A stretch of DNA of 64,000 nt from Parachlamydiales bacterium (GCA_963705295.1 OY970065.1:886178-950177); one strand, 5' to 3'; counted from the first letter of the stretch, positions 8,792 through 18,113 are shown. Notes: generated from the letters alone by a model not told the origin. Program-made: numbers and translations.

Positions 8792-8858
8792 GACTGTAAA
8801 TCCCTCGTCTTCGGACTTCGTGTGTTCGAGTCACACCGCCCCCAAATCCTCTATAGAA
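8792..8858 (+). repeat. attR-type copy of the 67-bp direct repeat (partial tRNA-Tyr 3' segment)
   Basis: Identical to 61-127. It lacks the 5' half of the tRNA, so it is not a functional tRNA. Confidence 0.9.
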
Positions 8859-8898
8859 TTAGAGTGAAAAAGGGCCCATTTCTAGGCCCTTAAATAAA

Positions 8899-9336
8899 CT
8901 AAACGATGCCTACTCGAATATGTTGATGTTGGGAGGGGTTTACAGCCATGAGCAATTCTTCATATTTTTCTAAAGTAACACTGAGATGACCTCTTTCATA
9001 TTGAGCATAAGCATTTGGCGATTTTGAACCGAGTCGTTTGGATACATCTCTCACAGTCGAATTGCTTTTCTCTCGTTGTTTTATCAATGAAAGAGATAAC
9101 AAAATCTTTGTATCTTTAGCGGTAATACCAATCACATCGTCTTCACGAAGAAAAGCTTTTACACCTAGTTTTTTTCCTACTTTATCTTCAAAATAGCATT
9201 CGATAAGACCAGTAACAGCATCTTCGATCATACGTAATGCATCTTTTCTGGATTTGCCTTGCGTCATTGCATCTAATATGGGTATTTCGACAAGCCAAAA
9301 CTTTCCGTCTTTCCAAATTCTTCCTTCTAATTCCAT
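8899..9336 (-). CDS. hicB: HicB-family antitoxin with C-terminal XRE-type HTH
   Basis: N-terminus is MELEGRIWKDGKFWLVEIPILDAMTQGKSRKDALRMIEDA (HicB/UPF0150-like). The C-terminal HTH is VSKRLGSKSPNAYAQYERG. It lies directly downstream of hicA. Confidence 0.75.
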   Translation of the reverse strand: MELEGRIWKDGKFWLVEIPILDAMTQGKSRKDALRMIEDAVTGLIECYFEDKVGKKLGVKAFLREDDVIGITAKDTKILLSLSLIKQREKSNSTVRDVSKRLGSKSPNAYAQYERGHLSVTLEKYEELLMAVNPSQHQHIRVGIV

Positions 9337-9343
9337 AAATCCC

Positions 9344-9550
9344 TCATCTTTTAGGCGGGTTATTTTTAGCCGTTTTTAAAATCTTTCTCGCCAGATTCTC
9401 ATTTATCTCATTATGCCTTGGAACAGATTCATGAATTTGGCCGTACGTCCAGTAATCATGACTTCCTCCATGCCTTTGCAGACACCAGCCTAGTTTCCGC
9501 AGTTCTCGTTCAAGGTCTTTTTTTTCATCCCCGCTACTCTTATTGTACAT
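9344..9550 (-). CDS. hicA: HicA-family mRNA interferase toxin
   Basis: A 68-aa protein containing LRKLGWCLQRHGGSHDYW...VPRHNEINENLARKILKTA, the typical HicA GSH motif. Confidence 0.75.
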   Translation of the reverse strand: MYNKSSGDEKKDLERELRKLGWCLQRHGGSHDYWTYGQIHESVPRHNEINENLARKILKTAKNNPPKR

Positions 9551-9619
9551 AGCACTATATACAAAGTCAAAGATTTCAGCAATTAGAATTTAAGTCATTG
9601 ATCACCATCGTTCTAAAAG

Positions 9620-9926
9620 CCGGGCGTGACAATTTTGGTTAATGGTGTAAAAAGTACGAAATCAATTTCATACCGCAATTTTGACGCACTAGGCTAGATT
9701 AAACTGGCTGAAAATGGACTCCATCAAAGAACGGTTTGGCTTGGAGGTCGGAGGCATTCCGTCCTTCGGCAATCTTCTAGGCCTCGATGTCTATTTCGAC
9801 ATCACCATCCAAAATTGCAAGGAAGTCATCTTTAGCTGCGGTCTCGTGAATGAATCGGTGCGCATGAAGCTCGCCGACCTCATCCCCTTGGTCCACCCGC
9901 AATTTGCAAGGCTAGCTAAGGAATAA
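9620..9926 (+). pseudogene. Remnant of a YbaK/aminoacyl-tRNA deacylase-like gene
   Basis: The 70-aa ORF 9714-9926 covers only a C-terminal portion (EVGGIPSFG...VYFD...EVIFSCG). Upstream, another frame reads KPGVTILVNGVKSTKSISYRNFDALG, resembling the preceding part of the domain, but it is interrupted by stops and a frame change. The 5' limit is approximate. Confidence 0.45.
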
Positions 9927-10042
9927 CGCTATTAAATAACTGGCTATAATAGGTCTTTGCTAGTGATCTCACGGAACCTTCTTTTTGAACCGTTCGGAAA
10001 TTCCGAATAGTTGCTGTTTCAGAGATTTCCTTTTGCTCATAA

Positions 10043-10540
10043 TTAGTCCCACCATTGGTGGATTTTCTTATGCAGGTGGGTAAATAAATAGTCAAAGTCT
10101 GCTTTTTCCTTGGCTCGTTTGCGCTTATCCCATCGATTTCGGGCCTTTTTGCAATAAGGACATGAAAGATCGATCATCCGATACAGGTTCGGCTCTCCTG
10201 ACTTACTAACCCGACGGTCAAATTGCCAAATTTTTTCAGGGCAATGACACTTTCCTCTTTTTTCTTCGTCTTCCAATTGTTTTGAAAGATTCCAATAAAA
10301 ATCGGTAAATCCCATTCGAGCTAAGAGAGTCTCAGCAATTTTCATATCGCGTACATGTTTTTCATAACCTTGGTGACGTTTATTTTTTTCTATTTCCTGA
10401 CGCATTCGGGAAATCTTAAATCTAAGAAGTTCAAACAAATATGAATGATCCCAATCTTCATCTTTCCAGAGTATTGGAATCCATGCAACGATTCGCTTAA
10501 TGCGACGATAACCATTTCTAAAATAGCTTGGCAGGCCCAT
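10043..10540 (-). CDS. Hypothetical protein (basic, Cys pairs CHCP...CPYC)
   Basis: A 165-aa ORF with no recognisable family. Confidence 0.45.
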   Translation of the reverse strand: MGLPSYFRNGYRRIKRIVAWIPILWKDEDWDHSYLFELLRFKISRMRQEIEKNKRHQGYEKHVRDMKIAETLLARMGFTDFYWNLSKQLEDEEKRGKCHCPEKIWQFDRRVSKSGEPNLYRMIDLSCPYCKKARNRWDKRKRAKEKADFDYLFTHLHKKIHQWWD

Positions 10541-10668
10541 ACTATGTTTTCTTTTGGTAAATATCTAGTACACAGCGACCTCCATTAGAGAAAATTTTAG
10601 CATACTGTCCTGTATTTTTTTCCAATAAAACTGGCGTAAAAGAGCAACGGCTAGTAGAATTTCACATA

Positions 10669-10833
10669 ATTATTAACCCGAGGGGTCAAAAGGTGACAAG
10701 ATGCGCTGCGAGGCAAAGCCAGATTGATTCTCGCGAGGAATACATTCTTGAATACGAAGGATACCGAGCGAGAATCGATATGGCGAAGCCGCAGCAAGCA
10801 GGTTGTCACCTTTTGACCCCTCGGGTTAATAAT
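10669..10833. repeat. Palindromic element, family A, copy 1 (31-bp perfect terminal inverted repeats, 103-bp partly self-complementary core)
   Basis: ATTATTAACCCGAGGGGTCAAAAGGTGACAA (10669-10699) is the exact reverse complement of 10803-10833. There is an internal pairing GATTCTCGCGAGG / CCGAGCGAGAATC. It shares conserved blocks with 23881-24063. Confidence 0.85.
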
Positions 10834-10849
10834 CTAAAGGAGATTCGAA

Positions 10850-11236
10850 ATGCGAATATGGTCTGATGTCATTGGACAGTGTATGGTGACTTGTGGTGTT
10901 AGTCTTTATTTGTGTTCTAGGTTTTTTCCTGTTCAACGGCCTTGGGATTATGCAGGGATGATCACTCTCAACTCGGCTATTAACACGGTAGCATTTTTGG
11001 CGCTGGCTCATACGAAATATTCTCCCTCTCATGGGTTGGGAAGCTTGGCCTATATGACCGTTTCTTTTCTATCTCCTTTGCTATGTCAGCAAATTGGAAG
11101 GAGGTGGGGAATCCAAACACCCCGCTATATTGAAATGGTGGGTTATACAGTTCTTACAGCGAGAATTAACACATCTATCATGAATTTAAAGGGTGTGAGT
11201 TGGAATTTCTTGCGACCTCAACAAGTTATCAGATGA
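10850..11236 (+). CDS. Hypothetical membrane protein
   Basis: An AAGGAG Shine-Dalgarno sits 8 nt upstream of the ATG, immediately after the palindromic element. The protein has several hydrophobic segments. Confidence 0.5.
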   Translation: MRIWSDVIGQCMVTCGVSLYLCSRFFPVQRPWDYAGMITLNSAINTVAFLALAHTKYSPSHGLGSLAYMTVSFLSPLLCQQIGRRWGIQTPRYIEMVGYTVLTARINTSIMNLKGVSWNFLRPQQVIR

Positions 11237-11277
11237 TAAGCAAATACTGGATTGGACTTTGTTTGATCTGTCTGGGT

Positions 11278-11745
11278 ATGAATCATGAGGAAGGATTGAA
11301 ATTTGTAGAGTTAAATGATTATGCGGAGTTCATTCCGGTGGTTGCACAGTGGCAGTACGACGATTGGCACGGGTATGACAAGTCATTGACTTTGGAGAAA
11401 TTGATGGAAGGATTCAAAGATCAAACGACGATTGTCGCTTTTAATGATCAGGTGCCTATGGGGAGTATTTCACTGCAAAAAGAAGGGGAACCGGAGTTTT
11501 CTGATTTGGGGGATGTTCTATGGGTCGGGACTTTTCACGTGATTCCGAATGAGAGAAACAAAGGAATTGGTACGAAGTTGGGACTAGTCGCGCTTGAGAT
11601 GGCACGCCGTTTGGGGTACCGAGAGGTCTATTTTTACACATCGGATGTTTCGAACGTTGCCAAATATGTCAAAAAAGGTGCCCAGGTCTTTGATTCGAGG
11701 CCTTTCCGAGGTCATACGATTACATTAATGAAGATCGGCGTCTAA
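11278..11745 (+). CDS. GNAT-family N-acetyltransferase
   Basis: The acetyl-CoA binding motif NERNKGIGTKLGLVALEMARRLGY is present. The start is uncertain (track ORF from 11200; ATGs at 11233 and 11278). Confidence 0.7.
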   Translation: MNHEEGLKFVELNDYAEFIPVVAQWQYDDWHGYDKSLTLEKLMEGFKDQTTIVAFNDQVPMGSISLQKEGEPEFSDLGDVLWVGTFHVIPNERNKGIGTKLGLVALEMARRLGYREVYFYTSDVSNVAKYVKKGAQVFDSRPFRGHTITLMKIGV

Positions 11746-13422
11746 TTTCATCCACCGAATGTAGAGTTGTTCAAGTCTAGCTTCTGCAAGGCCTATTTGC
11801 GTGCAGATGTCATTAAGAAGAGAAGGATTTTGAGTACCTTCTAGGGAGAGATTGAGCTGCTGGATTTCTTTTTCTAGTTGGGTGATTTTTCCTTCTATTT
11901 CTTGAAATTCCTTTTTTTCCAGGTAAGACAATTTCTGTTTAGGTTTTGGAGTGTGTGTTTTCTCTTTGGGTTTTTGAGCTGGGGGAAGGGGATTGCCGAG
12001 GGGGAGAAAGGTGTTGCAAATCCGAGAGAGCATGCATCGATCATGGGTGATGAGCATGATGGCTCCTGGAAAATCGACGAGGCTTTCTTCGAGGGTTTCG
12101 AGGGTTGGAATATCGAGATCGTTTGTTGGTTCATCGAGGAGGAGGATGTCAGCCGGTTGAAGCATGAGGTGGGCGATGGAGATACGGGCCCTTTCACCAC
12201 CGGAGAGTTTTTCAAGGGGCATGTCGAGAATATCAGGGGAGAAGAGAAACCGTTTGCACCATCCGTTGATGTGGATCTTTTGTCCGCGAAAGTTGACAAA
12301 ATCTCCTGTGGGTGAGAGGGCTTGCCGGAGTGTGGTATCTAGGGGGAGTTGACTCCGATGTTGATCAAAGTAGACGATTTTTAGTCCGTCGACTTTTTTA
12401 AGGGTTCCAAGGTCTGGTTTGATTTCTTCCGCAATGATTTTGAGCAGGGTTGTTTTGCCAGAGCCATTGGGGCCCATGAGTCCGATCCGTGTTCCTGGAG
12501 AAAGGATGAAATCGAGATGTTCGAAAAGAAGCCGGTCTCCGATCTGTTTGGAGAGATTTTTCGCAACAACGAGTTTGCGGGTTTCTCGCTGGGTTGCAGA
12601 AAAATCGATAGCGGCCCTTTTCTGACGATTTCTCCCTTTGACTTGAGATAGTTCCTGGAAGAGTTCATGAGCATCGCTCACACGCGATTTAGATTTGGAA
12701 GTCCGTGCTTTGGGCGATTGCCGGAGCCAATCGAGTTCCCGCCGGGCTTTGGAAGACAAAGATCTTTCTTGCTCCAGCTGTCCCTGGAGAAAATGTTCTT
12801 TTTTTTCGAGAAAATGGGAGTAAGAGCCATCGATCGCAAAAAGGCCTCCTGGATAGACAGGGTTGATCTCAACAACCCTATTAACCATATTTTGAAGGAA
12901 ATACCGGTCGTGGCTCACCAGAATGTAGGAGATGGCCTCGCGGATTAAAAATTTTTCTAACCATAGAATCCCTTCGAGATCGAGGTGGTTGGTTGGTTCG
13001 TCGAGAAGAAGGAGATCGGGGGAAGAGATGAGCGCCTCAGCCAAACTCAATCTTTTTTTCCATCCTCCTGAGAGTTGATCGGCTGTCGGTTCGTTTCCTG
13101 TAAACCCGAGCTTGCTGAGCCACGTTTCAACGAGAAGCTCATTCTCAGGTGCCAATTTTAGTAGAATTTCTTTGGGAGATTCGGAGGGGAATTCGGAAGA
13201 TTGAGGAACATAAGCCACTCGGAGTCCGCGTCTTGCAGAAAAAGTGCCGCTACTCGGTTGTTCCAACCCTGCAAGAATCTTTAATAAAGTCGATTTCCCA
13301 GATCCATTGGGGCCTATGAGTCCAACCCTGTCTTTCAAGAAAATACTAAACGAAAGTCGTTCAAATAGAAGACGATGACCGTACGATTTTGACAGAGATT
13401 GGCAGTTGAGAAGAAGGGTCAT
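11725..13422 (-). CDS. ABC-F family ATPase (Uup/EttA-like, two ABC domains, no TM domain)
   Basis: Walker A motifs GPNGSGKST and GPNGSGKTT, ABC signatures LSGGWKKR and LSGGERAR, Walker B motifs LLLLDEPTN and ILLLDEPTN, and a C-terminal coiled region. Confidence 0.9.
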   Translation of the reverse strand: MTLLLNCQSLSKSYGHRLLFERLSFSIFLKDRVGLIGPNGSGKSTLLKILAGLEQPSSGTFSARRGLRVAYVPQSSEFPSESPKEILLKLAPENELLVETWLSKLGFTGNEPTADQLSGGWKKRLSLAEALISSPDLLLLDEPTNHLDLEGILWLEKFLIREAISYILVSHDRYFLQNMVNRVVEINPVYPGGLFAIDGSYSHFLEKKEHFLQGQLEQERSLSSKARRELDWLRQSPKARTSKSKSRVSDAHELFQELSQVKGRNRQKRAAIDFSATQRETRKLVVAKNLSKQIGDRLLFEHLDFILSPGTRIGLMGPNGSGKTTLLKIIAEEIKPDLGTLKKVDGLKIVYFDQHRSQLPLDTTLRQALSPTGDFVNFRGQKIHINGWCKRFLFSPDILDMPLEKLSGGERARISIAHLMLQPADILLLDEPTNDLDIPTLETLEESLVDFPGAIMLITHDRCMLSRICNTFLPLGNPLPPAQKPKEKTHTPKPKQKLSYLEKKEFQEIEGKITQLEKEIQQLNLSLEGTQNPSLLNDICTQIGLAEARLEQLYIRWMKLDADLH

Positions 13423-13469
13423 TAGATAAGTTTATCCGATCGGGAGCTTTAAAAGGGTATCTATTTTGG

Positions 13470-14699
13470 ATGAGATCTGTCATACTTACTCACATGACAA
13501 ATTTTGAAAGCCTCGGACTGCCCTCGGAACTGGTGGAGTCCCTTAAACGGATGCAAATCACGGTTCCGACACCGATCCAAACAGCAGCGATTCCTCCAGC
13601 TCTGAGGGGTGTTGATATTTTAGCTTCAGCCCAAACCGGGACTGGTAAAACAGTCGCCTATTCGATTCCTTTAATTATGAAATTATCGGGCAACCCCTTA
13701 GCGGGCAACAGGGCTTCAGCACTGATTTTAACCCCGACCCGGGAGCTCGCATTTCAGGTGCAGCAGATGTTGAATCAAATTCTTGGACCTTCATCCAGAT
13801 TTAAAACTGTCCTCCTGATCGGTGGTGCATCGATGTCGAAGCAGATGAAAGATCTCAAGCAGAGGCCGCAGCTCATCATTGGGACCCCTGGACGTATCAA
13901 TGACCATTTAGAGCGCGGCACTCTTATTTTGAGGGAGACCGGGTTTTTGATTATTGACGAAGCCGATCGTATGTTAGACATGGGATTTGGAGTTCAGCTC
14001 GAAAAAATCGTTGAGTTCCTTCCTCAAAAACGTCAAACGCTGATGTTTTCTGCGACCGTTCCGCCGAATATCGAAAGGCTGACAAGAAAATATTTGAAAG
14101 ATCCCGAGAGGATTTCTATCGGATCATCCGTCCAACCGATCTCGAAGATCAAGCAAGAAATCCTTCACACTTCAGGACCTGAGAAGTTCCCCGAGCTCCT
14201 GAGGCAACTCGATAAAAGAGAGGGTTCGATCTTGGTATTCGTGAAAACGCGGCGTGGAGCAGATCGGATGTCTCGAGAGTTACAAAAGAAAGGTTATAAT
14301 GCAGATTCCATTCATGGAGATTTGCCACAGAGACGTCGAGAGAAAGTCATCCATGCGTTCAGAAGTGGAAAGAATCGGATTTTGGTTGCGACCGATGTCG
14401 CTGCTCGTGGTCTCGACATTCCTCATATCATGCACGTGATTAATCACGATCTGCCTCAGTGTCCCGAAGACTATATCCACCGTATTGGAAGAACAGCAAG
14501 AGCAGGAGCCGAAGGAAATGCGCTCTGTCTCATTTCACCCGAAGATGGCCAAAAATGGAGAGCGATCTGTTTATTAATGGATCCGACCTCAAAAGTTTCA
14601 GGAAGTAAACAGGTCCATAGAAAATCCAAACCTCAGAGACGATTTTTCAAAAAATTCAACCAACGACATTCAAGAAAGCAAAAATCGTTCAACTCATGA
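13470..14699 (+). CDS. DEAD-box ATP-dependent RNA helicase
   Basis: Q-motif region TPIQ, motif I AQTGTGKT, motif II DEAD (IIDEADRML), SAT, and HRIGRTARAG, with a basic C-terminal tail. The start may be the ATG at 13494. Confidence 0.9.
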   Translation: MRSVILTHMTNFESLGLPSELVESLKRMQITVPTPIQTAAIPPALRGVDILASAQTGTGKTVAYSIPLIMKLSGNPLAGNRASALILTPTRELAFQVQQMLNQILGPSSRFKTVLLIGGASMSKQMKDLKQRPQLIIGTPGRINDHLERGTLILRETGFLIIDEADRMLDMGFGVQLEKIVEFLPQKRQTLMFSATVPPNIERLTRKYLKDPERISIGSSVQPISKIKQEILHTSGPEKFPELLRQLDKREGSILVFVKTRRGADRMSRELQKKGYNADSIHGDLPQRRREKVIHAFRSGKNRILVATDVAARGLDIPHIMHVINHDLPQCPEDYIHRIGRTARAGAEGNALCLISPEDGQKWRAICLLMDPTSKVSGSKQVHRKSKPQRRFFKKFNQRHSRKQKSFNS

Positions 14700-14763
14700 C
14701 ACTTAAATTTTTCTTTTTCTGTTTATAATATTAGAAAATAATTTAACATGTTGCAAAAAGGAT

Positions 14764-16227
14764 ATGGATATGGACATATTTCTGCGCATGTTTTTTCTTT
14801 TGCTGCTAAGCTTTTCTTCTTTCAGTTATGCCTCTTCCGATGAGGTTGATCCCAAAGCTTACAAGCAACTCATGAGTCAATGCCACGATAAATCTAAAAG
14901 CGCGAGAAGAGCGCTTGATCTTGAACTGTCAGATGCAGTTAAGCGTGTATGTCAGTTTACATTGCCAAGCATTTCTGCTACTGGAGATCAGGTCTATATA
15001 TTTTATGAAAATCCCGTAGGCTTTAATGCTGCAGAACTATTTAATAACGTTAATGGCAAATTGAAAACTGCTCGGACCTTGCCGGTTGATCCCAAGTTCC
15101 CCGTCTTGCTTTCGGGTTATGCTTCACCGGATTTTACTCGATTTTCAATCCTTGATCAACCTAACTCTGACACCCCTCATATAAAGTCTAGGATTCGTAT
15201 TCTTGATCAGAACTTTAAGGTTGTTGCAAAACGACTGTTTTCTACCCCTGTACAAACTGTCTTTCCCTTTTCATCCTTATTTAGCGGGGGTGCTTTCAGT
15301 GATGATAGTAAACACGTTGTCGTTACTTATATCAATAATCCTCTTGCTGCTAATGCAATCTCAACCCTTTTGGTTCTACGTGCCTCCGACCTTACCACTG
15401 TTGCTGAAAATAATTCGGTGAGTGGCTTTGATGGTGCTCCCTTGCTTTTTAACCTGACTAAAAAATGTCGTAAAAGTCTCTATATTTCATTCACGAGTTC
15501 CCAAGGCCAAGATACTGAACAACCTCTTGAAAGTATTGATAATACAAATTTACCCCCCTATTTTGATCAAGTATATAAAGTTGATCTCCATGCCGGTACC
15601 ATCACATTGGTTGATGAATTGCCACTGCCAAAATTTGCCGAGAAGGATGTTTTGTCTCGTGGTTCTGATGCTCTGATTGCCCATGGCGGCTTTGAATCTT
15701 CTTTTCCCAACTCAATATCCATCTACAAGCCACTTCCCTCTCAGCTTTTGACGCAACTACCTGGGGATAACTCTGAAGCTCGCGTCAGTCTATTCGATGG
15801 AAAAAAACTGAAAGTTGTCATTAAGCAAGCCCTAGATAATTGTAATGCTACGACCATCTATCCACCGGGTTTGGGGTGTTCTTATTGCTTGGGTCAGAAT
15901 ACGTATTTTACGGTCTTCCCTGGTAGTGATGACGATTTAAGTTTTCAAAGTGAATTCTATAGCTTGGTTGCTATAGAGAAGAATTCTTCTGGAAAGCTTG
16001 TCTTCAGACCTCAAAATCTGCCCAATCAAGAGGGAGCCCATAACGCAACTGTGTTTAGTGCCGACGGTAAATGGTTTTTGCGCACAGGCCCCTATGGCTT
16101 TAATGTTCCACCCAAGTATAAACCGCATCCCGATCTTCTTGGCATAAGCAATATTATTTTAAAAAGGGTGACTTCCGATTCTTATACTCCCACTTGTAAA
16201 ATCCGTAAAAAAAACTCAGAAGACTAG
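14764..16227 (+). CDS. Exported hypothetical protein (487 aa)
   Basis: Signal-like N-terminus FFLLLLSFSSFSYASS. No recognisable catalytic motif. Confidence 0.5.
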   Translation: MDMDIFLRMFFLLLLSFSSFSYASSDEVDPKAYKQLMSQCHDKSKSARRALDLELSDAVKRVCQFTLPSISATGDQVYIFYENPVGFNAAELFNNVNGKLKTARTLPVDPKFPVLLSGYASPDFTRFSILDQPNSDTPHIKSRIRILDQNFKVVAKRLFSTPVQTVFPFSSLFSGGAFSDDSKHVVVTYINNPLAANAISTLLVLRASDLTTVAENNSVSGFDGAPLLFNLTKKCRKSLYISFTSSQGQDTEQPLESIDNTNLPPYFDQVYKVDLHAGTITLVDELPLPKFAEKDVLSRGSDALIAHGGFESSFPNSISIYKPLPSQLLTQLPGDNSEARVSLFDGKKLKVVIKQALDNCNATTIYPPGLGCSYCLGQNTYFTVFPGSDDDLSFQSEFYSLVAIEKNSSGKLVFRPQNLPNQEGAHNATVFSADGKWFLRTGPYGFNVPPKYKPHPDLLGISNIILKRVTSDSYTPTCKIRKKNSED

Positions 16228-16278
16228 ATTATCTACTCTAAACCAAGTAAACTTGTTTGAACCATTTCAAGGAGACTT

Positions 16279-16917
16279 ATGAAATTTAAACCGATTATAT
16301 TGCTCTCTCTAGTCGCATGTTCACTCGATTACGGGTATGCAAATGAACTCCTCCAAAAGATTCAGCCTGGTCTACAAGCTGCCGTTTCAAAAAACGATAC
16401 CTTGAATAAAGATTTATTAGGGGAGCTTTTCCGTATGCGGCTCTTGCAGATTGTAGCAAGAAGTGATCATTTTGCTCTTGTCGACATGGAAATGATTGTT
16501 AAACTGAATAAAAAGCAGAATACGCGGCTCAAAGAAATCATTGCAGAATTCGGATGGCCTGGAATACGGCTTTTGGGGCTAGATGGGTCTTCGGCTATGC
16601 GTAAATTAGTTCACTATCAAACAGGCGATCTCGAGTTTCAAAAAACTTGCTTAGAGCTTCTTCACGAAGCGGTGGAGAAACAAGATGCACAGTTTCGAGA
16701 CTATGCTTTTCTTCTAGACGAGATTCTTGTGTTGGAAAATAAACCACAGATTTACGGAACAAAATGGACATGCAAGGAGGGGAAATATACCCTCTATCCT
16801 ACTCAAGATCTTGAAAATCTCAACCAGCGAAGGCAGGAAGCAGGTCTATGCTCTTTTGAAGAATACAAAGAGTATTTCAAACAATCCTTTTTTCTAACCG
16901 ATACAGATTTTGAGTGA
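16279..16917 (+). CDS. Exported hypothetical protein (212 aa)
   Basis: Signal-like MKFKPIILLSLVACSLDYGYA, with an SD-like AAGGAG upstream. Confidence 0.5.
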   Translation: MKFKPIILLSLVACSLDYGYANELLQKIQPGLQAAVSKNDTLNKDLLGELFRMRLLQIVARSDHFALVDMEMIVKLNKKQNTRLKEIIAEFGWPGIRLLGLDGSSAMRKLVHYQTGDLEFQKTCLELLHEAVEKQDAQFRDYAFLLDEILVLENKPQIYGTKWTCKEGKYTLYPTQDLENLNQRRQEAGLCSFEEYKEYFKQSFFLTDTDFE

Positions 16918-16929
16918 AGTTTTTTATCC

Positions 16930-17922
16930 TCATAGTAAGTTCGGATCAAGAACGACATGTTTGATGTTTTTACGGTTCCATGTATATGTGACGTGAATTT
17001 TTCCATCTTTGGTTTGGATCACGCAGGGGTATGAAAATTCTCCTCTCGAATCTTCTAATGTGACGTGCATTTTCCACGTTTCTCCACCATCTGTTGAAAG
17101 GGCAATGTTAAGAGGGGACCGGTATTCCTTCGAGTGGTTATAAACAAGAAGGATGCGACCATCAACGAGGTTGATTGCATCAATGGCGGCGTTTGGATTG
17201 GGGAGGGAAGTGGGTTGAGCGGAGGACCATGTTTTGCCCAGGTCGTGAGATTCTGCAGCACAAATGGATCCGATTTGATGAGACCGGGCAAGCAGTTTGA
17301 TGGTTCCATTTTTTGAAAAAAATAGGGCAGGTTGGATCATTCCAAAGAGTTGAGAGGGAACATTAATCGGGGTGCTTTTATGCCATGTCAGGCCGTTATC
17401 CGTTGTGATATCGATCCAACAACCCCACCGTTTCCAGCTCTCGATGGACGAACCGCAGAGCATTGTACCGTTGGGAAGTAAGAGAGGTCTGTTTTTGATG
17501 GGTCCCAAAATTCCTGCTGGTAACAGTTCTGCTTCAGACCAACATTTCCCATGATCGTGAGACCGTTTTATAAATCCAGACCATTGTTCAGGATTTCGTC
17601 CTGCTTTATAAAATAGAATAACTTCTTTAGAAGGAAGTGTATACAAAACTGGATTCCAACAAGGAACGTCTTGCTCCTCCGCAACTTTACAGGGTAAACT
17701 CCATTCTTGATCGTGATTGGATAGCCAGATGGCAACATCAAGGGCGCCTTCTTCTGTCCCTCCAAAACAGGCACAGAGAAGAGATCCAGAATCGGTTTGT
17801 GTCAATGTAGATGCATGACATGAGGGGAATGGAGGATCATTAAAAATGAACTCACTTTTAATAATTGAAGGATGGGTCGCTTCTAAAATGGAGCAAATTA
17901 AAAGAAAGAATAAATATTTCAT
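16930..17922 (-). CDS. Exported BNR/Asp-box beta-propeller protein, sialidase (GH33)-like
   Basis: Signal peptide MKYLFFLLICSILEA. There are four Asp-box motifs (S/T-x-D-x-G-x-x-W): SHDHGKCW, TTDNGLTW, SHDLGKTW and STDGGETW. Confidence 0.65.
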   Translation of the reverse strand: MKYLFFLLICSILEATHPSIIKSEFIFNDPPFPSCHASTLTQTDSGSLLCACFGGTEEGALDVAIWLSNHDQEWSLPCKVAEEQDVPCWNPVLYTLPSKEVILFYKAGRNPEQWSGFIKRSHDHGKCWSEAELLPAGILGPIKNRPLLLPNGTMLCGSSIESWKRWGCWIDITTDNGLTWHKSTPINVPSQLFGMIQPALFFSKNGTIKLLARSHQIGSICAAESHDLGKTWSSAQPTSLPNPNAAIDAINLVDGRILLVYNHSKEYRSPLNIALSTDGGETWKMHVTLEDSRGEFSYPCVIQTKDGKIHVTYTWNRKNIKHVVLDPNLL

Positions 17923-17939
17923 TCAGGCCATTCTAATCT

Positions 17940-18113
17940 TTATTCAGCGGATTTGCAAGCTTCGGAGCATTCGTGGCAGATAGCAGCGCATTGCTGACAA
18001 TGTTCGGCCTTTACTTTGGAACACTCTTCTGCGCAGGCACTGCAGATGGTGAGGCATTTCAGCATGCTTTGCATGTGGCCATGAGAGGCACGAGGGAAAG
18101 CTGTATATGTCAT
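17940..18113 (-). CDS. Cys-rich mini-protein (57 aa), DUF326/four-helix-bundle copper-binding-like half-size
   Basis: This ORF is not in the track because it is under 60 aa. My manual translation is MTYTAFPRASHGHMQSMLKCLTICSACAEECSKVKAEHCQQCAAICHECSEACKSAE, with repeated C-x3-C-x2-C spacing. Confidence 0.45.
   Translation of the reverse strand: MTYTAFPRASHGHMQSMLKCLTICSACAEECSKVKAEHCQQCAAICHECSEACKSAE

Larger units (their letters stand above)
61..8858. mobile_element. Integrative genomic island (~8.7 kb) inserted in tRNA-Tyr, with a satellite/P4-like gene set
   Basis: A perfect 67-bp direct repeat sits at both ends. A tyrosine integrase lies next to the intact tRNA. Primase, P-loop replication protein, AlpA-like HTH and a TA module lie inside. 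The interior is visibly more AT-rich than the flanking housekeeping DNA. Confidence 0.8.

Noticed and set aside
9993-10007. Perfect 15-nt palindrome TTCGGAAATTCCGAA between convergent genes
   Set aside because: It is short (a 6-bp stem with a 3-nt loop) with no U-tract. It could arise by chance and there is too little evidence to call it a terminator or operator.
11878-12315. Overlapping 134-145-aa ORFs on both strands within the ABC-F gene
   Set aside because: These are alternative-frame or antisense ORFs inside a CDS with two complete ABC domains.
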